A stretch of 64,000 nt of DNA, from IMG/VR virus record IMGVR_UViG_3300008110_000322, positions 4,494-68,493 of that record; one strand, given 5' to 3'. The notes under the pieces were generated by a model. That model ran no database searches, was not told where the DNA came from, and was given only the letters and a program-made list of their open reading frames with translations. Below, piece by piece: positions 57,962 to 64,000 of the stretch. The position numbers and the translations under genes were made by a program. This stretch comes from a virus. How positions within the stretch are numbered: position 1 is the stretch's first letter; every line of letters begins with the position of its first letter.

Positions 57962-59421
57962 AGTTAAACAATTTCCCACCAGTCTATTACATTTCACTTG
58001 AAGAAAGTGCGGATAGGCAACAAAACCTTGCCGATCAGTTTTCAAATTGGGGCATAGAAAATTATACCCCAATGATCTTTAAAAGATTTGCGGAGTGTGA
58101 TGATGTAATACATGGTCCCCTTGTTCATACACTTAACAGCAGCAATAAAGGGGCTTCTACTTCTCACTTAAAATCAATAAAGAAATGGCTAACAGAAACA
58201 GATGAGCCCTATGCTGTATTTTTTGAAGATGATGTTTCATTGAAAACAGTAGAATACTGGGATTTTACTTGGTCCGATTTTATGGAGCAATTGCCCAAAG
58301 ACTGGGAAGCGGTTCAACTAATGTGGGTAAGGCCACATATGGTTAAAGTTGAATTCAGAAGAAGGTATCCTGATGATTGGTCTGCCACTGCATTCATGGT
58401 GACTAGAGAATATGGGCAGAAATTGGTTGACCGCTTCATGATCTCTGATAATGAATTTAATTATGATATGGATGGGCTACAGCCTATAGTAGAAAATGTT
58501 CTTTTTTCTCATGGTAATGTTTATACAGTACCACTATTTGTTGAAGAAACATTGCTGCCAACCACTTTCATAAATGCCCCAGAATTTGATGCCTCTCTTA
58601 TTGTTAACGGGCAAGGTGAATCCCATCACACTTCACAGGAGGCTGTTCTTGATTGGTGGAAGAACATAGGAAAAAATACCGCTCTCAAAAAATTGATGGG
58701 CACTGATGTATTCCCAACAACATTTGATTGGGGTGACTTTAATTCTGAATTACAAGATTCACTAAAAAAAGAAATAGGAAAGGAAAAAATCTATGAAAAA
58801 TTTTTTAGAGTCAACAGGCTTGATGTTGTTGTTGATATTGGAGCTAGTGTTGGTCCTTTTGTATACTCAATCTTAGATAGATCGCCAAAGGAAATTTACT
58901 GTATTGAGCCATCAAAAAATTTATTGCCTTCACTTGTAAATAATACAGCAAAGGTTCCACAAGATACTAAAATAACCTATATCAATAAGGCTATTAGTCA
59001 GGGTGATTTTGAGGTTAGAGTATTTGCCAAAGATAATAAAAATATCTATGGTAAGAATTATGACTATAATGAAATAACGTTCAGTGAATTCATTAAAGAA
59101 TACAATATCAAAAAAATTGATTTCCTTAAATTGGATTGTGAAGGTGGTGAGTACAGTGTTTTTAATGATGAAAATATTGACTGGATCCTTGAGAACGTTG
59201 ATAAGGTTGCAGCAGAGTTTCACTTAACTTACCCTGGTTGTCAAGAGAAATTTCGCAACTTTAGGGACAAGTATCTACAAAGATTCAACAACTATTATAT
59301 CATTTCAAACCAACAACAGAATATCCATGCTGGGGTTCAGCTTGATCTAACTAAGTGGATCTTTGATGACAGATTTTTTGACAATTATTATGGTGAACTT
59401 ATGGTCTATCTTTATAAATAA
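57958..59421 (+). CDS. GT25-like glycosyltransferase fused to FkbM-type methyltransferase
   Basis: YYISLEESADRQ, GASTSHLKSI, FFEDD and LPKDWEAVQL; then VVDIGASVGPF, CIEPS and IDFLKLDCEGGEY. Confidence 0.8.
   Translation: MKLNNFPPVYYISLEESADRQQNLADQFSNWGIENYTPMIFKRFAECDDVIHGPLVHTLNSSNKGASTSHLKSIKKWLTETDEPYAVFFEDDVSLKTVEYWDFTWSDFMEQLPKDWEAVQLMWVRPHMVKVEFRRRYPDDWSATAFMVTREYGQKLVDRFMISDNEFNYDMDGLQPIVENVLFSHGNVYTVPLFVEETLLPTTFINAPEFDASLIVNGQGESHHTSQEAVLDWWKNIGKNTALKKLMGTDVFPTTFDWGDFNSELQDSLKKEIGKEKIYEKFFRVNRLDVVVDIGASVGPFVYSILDRSPKEIYCIEPSKNLLPSLVNNTAKVPQDTKITYINKAISQGDFEVRVFAKDNKNIYGKNYDYNEITFSEFIKEYNIKKIDFLKLDCEGGEYSVFNDENIDWILENVDKVAAEFHLTYPGCQEKFRNFRDKYLQRFNNYYIISNQQQNIHAGVQLDLTKWIFDDRFFDNYYGELMVYLYK
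59413..59420 (+). promoter_or_regulatory. late promoter (TATAAATA)
   Basis: Overlaps the upstream stop, 19 nt before the 59440 ATG. Confidence 0.65.
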
Positions 59422-59439
59422 GTTATAAACAGCATTAAA

Positions 59440-59706
59440 ATGAACCTAACTAAAATTATTGCAACAGAAGAAAATACAGCTACCTCAGCAGGTACGGCAA
59501 CTAGTATTACTTCTGCAAGCTGCGTAAGGCTTTTTAATAGTCAAGGATCAACAGTAGTTGTTGGTGTTTCTACTCAAGTAGGTGCGGCATCTACAACTTT
59601 CTTTAGTATGCCTACCCTATCTGTTGAATTCCTTCAAAAAGCTCCAACAGATGTTATTTACACTTCTGCTGCTATAAAAGCTAATAAAATAGCCTTTACT
59701 AATTGA
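59440..59706 (+). CDS. small virion protein typically found before g21
   Basis: ATSITSASCVRLFN...SVEFLQKAPTD..ANKIAFT; positional similarity to T4-like cyanophages. Confidence 0.7.
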   Translation: MNLTKIIATEENTATSAGTATSITSASCVRLFNSQGSTVVVGVSTQVGAASTTFFSMPTLSVEFLQKAPTDVIYTSAAIKANKIAFTN

Positions 59707-59713
59707 TATAAAT

Positions 59714-59720
59714 CTAAATA
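59714..59720 (+). promoter_or_regulatory. late promoter (CTAAATA) for g21
   Basis: Intergenic motif. Confidence 0.7.
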
Positions 59721-59739
59721 CCTAAAAAGTAGCAGATAA

Positions 59740-60390
59740 ATGAAACTTATTACGGAAGAAGCTGAATCAGTACAGGTTATTACTGAAGAAAAGAATGGCG
59801 TAAAGAAGCTATTCATTGAAGGTGTTTTCCTGCAAGGGGACACTGTAAATCGTAATAAGCGCCTTTATGAAATGAAGGTTCTACGTAATGCTGTTAAGGC
59901 TTACAATGAGAACTTTGTGCAAAAGGGGAGATCCGTGGGGGAGCTAGGGCATCCTGCTAATCCAGCAATCAACCTTGATAGAGTATCCCATAAGATCATT
60001 AGCCTAAAAGAAAACGGTAAGAACTTTATTGGTAAGGCTCAAATTCTTGATACACCAATGGGTAAAATAGCCCAGAATCTTTATGAAGCCGGTGTTCAGT
60101 TGGGAGTTTCGTCTAGAGGGTTGGGTTCCTTAAGACCCACTGATAAAGGTTATTCTGTTGTATCTGAAGACTTCACCCTCTCCACTGCGGCTGATATTGT
60201 TCACGATCCTTCCGCCCCTGATGCATTTGTCTCCGGGTTAATGGAAAATGTTGAATGGCTTTATGATACTAAGAGACAAGAATACGTCGCCAGTAGCATT
60301 CGTAATAAAATTGAAAAAGATGTTGTTAGTCGTCGTTTAACTGAAGAGCGTAAACTACTCCACTTTGAGAATTATCTCAGACTTATCTGA
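59740..60390 (+). CDS. g21: prohead core protease gp21
   Basis: MKLITEE, GELGHP, LDRVSH, GVSSRGLGSL and DIVHDPSAPDAFV motifs. Confidence 0.96.
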   Translation: MKLITEEAESVQVITEEKNGVKKLFIEGVFLQGDTVNRNKRLYEMKVLRNAVKAYNENFVQKGRSVGELGHPANPAINLDRVSHKIISLKENGKNFIGKAQILDTPMGKIAQNLYEAGVQLGVSSRGLGSLRPTDKGYSVVSEDFTLSTAADIVHDPSAPDAFVSGLMENVEWLYDTKRQEYVASSIRNKIEKDVVSRRLTEERKLLHFENYLRLI

Positions 60391-60451
60391 CTAAATAATC
60401 CACCTGATGTTGATTGGCGTCATTTCAGGTAAGCCCCGTAAGGGGCTTTTT
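60391..60451 (+). ncRNA. putative late-promoter small RNA antisense to the endonuclease leader
   Basis: CTAAATA at 60391, ~50-nt ORF-less unit, then a terminator; 14-nt perfect complement to 60476-60489. Confidence 0.4.
60431..60451 (+). terminator. Rho-independent terminator
   Basis: AAGCCCC-gtaa-GGGGCTT followed by TTT. Confidence 0.85.
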
Positions 60452-60464
60452 AATGGAAACTTAA

Positions 60465-60471
60465 CTAAATA
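60465..60471 (+). promoter_or_regulatory. late promoter (CTAAATA) for the endonuclease
   Basis: Motif upstream of the AGGAGG RBS and the 60499 ATG. Confidence 0.7.
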
Positions 60472-60498
60472 ATCAGCCAATCAACATCAAGGAGGAAA

Positions 60499-61245
60499 AT
60501 GGCGCAGCAACAAAAAGCCCCGCGTATCTATACGTATAAGATTACTTTTGAGGAAATTCGCCACTATTATTACGGAGTCCATAAAGAAAAGTTTTATGAT
60601 GATGGGTACATGGGCACACCCATAACCCATAAATGGATGTGGGATTTTTATACTCCAGAAAAACAAATACTTGAAATTTTTGATTATAATGAAGAAGGAT
60701 GGAGGCAGGCATTGCTTATGGAGACAGAATTAATCAAATATTTTTATGATACTGACCCATATTGTTTAAACGAAAGTTGTTCTGGTGTTTATTCATTAAA
60801 AAGTCGTTCTGCGGCAGGAAAATTAGGTGGTATTGCTGCAACGGATAAAGCCCGTGAGGAAGGAATAGGATTCTTTGCTTTAACGAAAGAAGATCGTAGT
60901 AAGCATGGTAAAAAATCCGCAGAAACCCATAAAAATAATGGGACTGGATTTTTCGGACCGGAACATAAAGAAATGGCTCGGAAGGGTGGATCTACAAGGG
61001 GCAAAAGGCATAAAGAAGAAGGTACTGGAATTTTTTCTATTTCAAAGGAAGAACGTTTGAGAAATTGCTCTAAGGGCGGTAAAACAGCAGGAAAACAAAA
61101 TTCTTATCTTATTACAGAAAAAGTTTGGATGTGTACTGTTACTGGTTTCATAACTACCGCAGGAGCATTAACTCCTTATCAATGTAAAAGGGGTATTGAC
61201 CCATCAAATCGCATTCAAATAAAACCCTATTCAAATCAAAAATAA
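60499..61245 (+). mobile_element. free-standing GIY-YIG-like (Seg-type) homing endonuclease
   Basis: IYTYKITF..YYYGVH..YMGTP, a conserved E (METELI) and N (CLNE); C-terminal G[IT]G[FI]F...KGG repeats; inserted between g21 and g22. Confidence 0.75.
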
Positions 61246-61252
61246 TCATCAG

Positions 61253-61275
61253 GAGAGTAGTAATACTCTCTTTTT
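61253..61275 (+). terminator. Rho-independent terminator
   Basis: GAGAGTA-gtaa-TACTCTC followed by TTTTT. Confidence 0.8.
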
Positions 61276-61285
61276 ATTAGTTATA

Positions 61286-61317
61286 CTAAATACTAGAAAA
61301 TAACAAACGTCTAAATA
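61286..61317 (+). promoter_or_regulatory. tandem late promoters for g22-g23
   Basis: CTAAATACTA occurs at both 61286 and 61311. Confidence 0.7.
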
Positions 61318-61354
61318 CTAACAGATTGTTTTAAGATTTATTTGGAGAGATACA

Positions 61355-62557
61355 ATGCCCCGCGCTTCTAAAGCAAACATTAATCAATCACACACTGCGG
61401 TAAATGCCCATGCATCTAAGGGTGATCCGATGCCCAAACTAGCCGCTGGTGCTGTGCATGGTCAAACTGGTAATCCAGATGATCTTGGTGGTCCTACTGT
61501 TGATGATTATAAGTCAACCGATGATTCAGCTAAGCTTGACGATCCCGGCCATGGCCTAAAGCGTGTTAGCGATGCTATCCGTAACCGCAAAGGTAAGCAA
61601 GAGGGCGATCAAGGTATGCCTCACCTAAAAGGTGACCCTCTGAAGGAAGAATCTGATGAAGATGAGGATCTCATTGATGAAGAGGGTGATGAGGAAGATC
61701 TAGTCGCTGAAGCTTCTGATGAAGACGAAGAGGACGAAGATGAGGACGAAGGTGACGAGTCCGAAGATGAGGACGAGGACAAAGAAGACAAGCCTAAGAA
61801 GTCCAAAAAAGAAATGGCTGAAGATTTTGACATTGAAGAGGATGTTGAAGCCCTTGTAGGTGGCGAAGATCTCTCCGAAGAGTTCAAAGAAAAGGCTAAG
61901 ACCATTTTTGAGGCTGCCCTTCGCTCTAAGGTTTCTGAGATTCAGGAATCCCTTGAAGAGCAGTATCAAGAAGCACTTCTAGAAGAAGTACAAGTAATTA
62001 AGGAAGAACTAACCGAGCGTGTTGATTCTTACCTTGAGTATGTTGCAGAAGAGTGGCTCTATGAGAACAAGCTATCTGTAACTCGTGGTATTAAGGAAGA
62101 GCTAACTCAGTCCTTCCTATCTGGCCTCAAGGCCCTTTGTGAAGATCATTATGTAGAACTACCTGAAGAAAAATATGATGTTCTTGAGAATATGGTTAAT
62201 AAACTAGATGAAATGGAGACTAAACTCAACGAGCAAATTGAGAAGAACGTCTACCTGAACCAAAGACTCTCTGAGTCTGTGGCGGATAGAATCTTTGATA
62301 CTGTAGCTGATGGTCTTGCCGTCACTCAGAAAGAAAAGCTCGCTTCACTTGCTGAGAGTGTTGAGTTTGAAAGTGAAGACCAATATCGTGACAAACTGGA
62401 GACTCTACGGGAATCATATTTCCCTGTACGTAATTATGCTCCTTATAGCCACCCTGAAACGCTATCTGAAGGCGTTGACTATGATCCCAATCCTTATACA
62501 GTAGAGGGACCCATGGCTCATTATCTTCAGGCCGCTTCACTACTGGCAAAGCACTGA
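61355..62557 (+). CDS. g22: prohead core scaffold protein gp22
   Basis: LSEEFKEKAKTIFEAA, VDSYLEYVAEEW and KLETLRESYF motifs; long acidic tract. Confidence 0.94.
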   Translation: MPRASKANINQSHTAVNAHASKGDPMPKLAAGAVHGQTGNPDDLGGPTVDDYKSTDDSAKLDDPGHGLKRVSDAIRNRKGKQEGDQGMPHLKGDPLKEESDEDEDLIDEEGDEEDLVAEASDEDEEDEDEDEGDESEDEDEDKEDKPKKSKKEMAEDFDIEEDVEALVGGEDLSEEFKEKAKTIFEAALRSKVSEIQESLEEQYQEALLEEVQVIKEELTERVDSYLEYVAEEWLYENKLSVTRGIKEELTQSFLSGLKALCEDHYVELPEEKYDVLENMVNKLDEMETKLNEQIEKNVYLNQRLSESVADRIFDTVADGLAVTQKEKLASLAESVEFESEDQYRDKLETLRESYFPVRNYAPYSHPETLSEGVDYDPNPYTVEGPMAHYLQAASLLAKH

Positions 62558-62598
62558 TTTAAATAAAAATCAAACAACAACAACTTAAGAGGTAACAA

Positions 62599-64000
62599 AT
62601 GTTTCAAACCGAACACTTGCAAGAGAAGTGGGCTCCCCTTCTAAACTATGATGGGCTAGATCCTATCAAAGATGCACACCGTCGTAACGTAACCGCAATT
62701 CTACTTGAGAACCAAGAAAAGCATCTGCTAGAGCAGAACTCTTTCAACAGTGGTCTCCTAATGGAATCACCTACCAACAGTGCTAACGCTGCTGGTGCTT
62801 CTGGTGGTTTTAGTGGCAGCGCTGCTGCTGCCGGCCCTGTAGCTGGTTTTGATCCTATTCTAATCAGCCTAATCCGTCGTGCTATGCCTAACTTGGTCGC
62901 TTATGACCTAGCTGGCGTTCAGCCTATGAGCGGTCCTACTGGCCTAATCTTCGCAATGCGTAGCCGTAAGGATAGCCAGTCTGGCGATGAGACCTTCTAC
63001 AACGAAGTAGATACCTCATTCTCCGGTCAGAACGATGGTCGTAGCCTTGCTGGTTTCAGCAGCGTTGGTGCTGGTATCGGTACCACTGGTCCTCAGCTTG
63101 GTACTAACCCTGGTCTACTAAACCCCACCGCTACTGCCGATCAGGCCGCCTATAACGTCGGTCAAGGTATGAAGACTGGTGACGGTGAGAACCTAGGTAA
63201 CGGCGCTGGTAACGACTTCAACGAAGTAGCATTCTCCATTGAGAAAGTTCTTGCTGAAGCCCGCACCCGTAAGCTGAAAGCTGAGTACAGCCTAGAGCTA
63301 GCTCAAGACCTCAAGGCTATCCACGGTCTATCCGCTGAAGCTGAGCTTGCCAACATTCTGTCTACTGAGATCCTTTCTGAGATCAACCGTGAGATTATCC
63401 GTACTCTCTACAAAGTAGCAGAACAAGGTGCTGCCGTTAACGTTGCTACCCCTGGTGTCTTTGACCTAGACGTAGACAGCAACGGTCGTTGGTCCGTTGA
63501 GAAGTTCAAGGGTCTACTGTTCCAAATTGAGCGTGATGCTAACGCTATCGCCCAAAGAACTCGTAGAGGAAAGGGCAACGTAATCATGTGCTCTGCCGAC
63601 GTAGCCTCTGCGCTAACCATGGCTGGTGTACTTGATTATACTCCTGCTCTAAATGCTAACCTAAACGTAGATGATACTGGCAATACCTTTGCTGGTGTAC
63701 TACTCGGTAAGTATCGCGTTTACATTGATCCTTATGCTGCTAACGTAAGTGCTAACCAGTATTACGTTGTTGGTTATAAGGGTAGCAGCCCTTATGATGC
63801 TGGACTTTTTTACTGCCCCTATTTGCCACTACAAATGGTTCGTGCCGTTGATCAGAATCAGTTTACTCCTAAACTGGGCTTCCTGACTCGTTACGCCGTT
63901 GTAGCTAACCCCTTCGCTGAAGGTGATACTCAGGGTCTAGGTCGTCTGCAGGTTAACGCCAACAGATATTATCGTAGAGTTCAAGTAAAAAATCTCATGT
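62599..64000 (+). CDS. g23: major capsid protein gp23 (stop codon just beyond the window)
   Basis: MFQTEHLQEKWAPLL, FDPILISLIRRAMPNL, GVQPMSGPTGLIFAMRS, ELAQDLKAIHGL and NRYYRRVQVKNLM; absent from the ORF track because it has no stop in the window. Confidence 0.97.
   Translation, partial: MFQTEHLQEKWAPLLNYDGLDPIKDAHRRNVTAILLENQEKHLLEQNSFNSGLLMESPTNSANAAGASGGFSGSAAAAGPVAGFDPILISLIRRAMPNLVAYDLAGVQPMSGPTGLIFAMRSRKDSQSGDETFYNEVDTSFSGQNDGRSLAGFSSVGAGIGTTGPQLGTNPGLLNPTATADQAAYNVGQGMKTGDGENLGNGAGNDFNEVAFSIEKVLAEARTRKLKAEYSLELAQDLKAIHGLSAEAELANILSTEILSEINREIIRTLYKVAEQGAAVNVATPGVFDLDVDSNGRWSVEKFKGLLFQIERDANAIAQRTRRGKGNVIMCSADVASALTMAGVLDYTPALNANLNVDDTGNTFAGVLLGKYRVYIDPYAANVSANQYYVVGYKGSSPYDAGLFYCPYLPLQMVRAVDQNQFTPKLGFLTRYAVVANPFAEGDTQGLGRLQVNANRYYRRVQVKNLM

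Noticed and set aside
61621-61969. Minus-strand poly-Ser and hydrophobic ORFs
   Set aside because: Antisense of the Asp/Glu tract in gp22
1-64000. tRNA/rRNA genes, introns or stop-codon reassignment
   Set aside because: Intergenic gaps are short with no cloverleaf seen; core genes are intact in the standard code and end with TAA/TGA; the only break is the single frameshift

Overview
The window is the virion-structure module of a T4-like myophage, with all credible genes on the + strand. Gene order and protein sequences resemble T4-like cyanophages; a cyanobacterial host is inferred, since no photosynthesis genes are present. The order is: small accessory ORFs, a GT2-like glycosyltransferase, an HNH endonuclease, baseplate g25-g6-g7(4031 aa)-g8, a VrlC-like protein broken by a -1 frameshift, neck/tail g13-g14-g15, terminase g16-g17, sheath g18, tube g19, portal g20, a ~21 kb insert, protease g21, a GIY-YIG-type endonuclease, scaffold g22 and major capsid g23 (runs off the end). 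The insert holds an NDP-deoxysugar pathway, two GT25-like fusion proteins, two FkbM-type methyltransferase domains, a TPR protein, a beta-propeller protein and two Gly-X-Gln collagen-like fibres, mostly behind late promoters (CTAAATA/TATAAATA). It is the best candidate for a novel system: phage-encoded virion or fibre glycosylation. Other notable items are a Pro-initiated class 3 mini-intein with an unusual QKN end in gp17, a putative antisense RNA or hairpin switch on the endonuclease RBS, an NblA-like small ORF, and a G-[IV]-x-[TS] motif that recurs across the virion proteins. All family assignments come from motifs recognised by eye; no searches were run.
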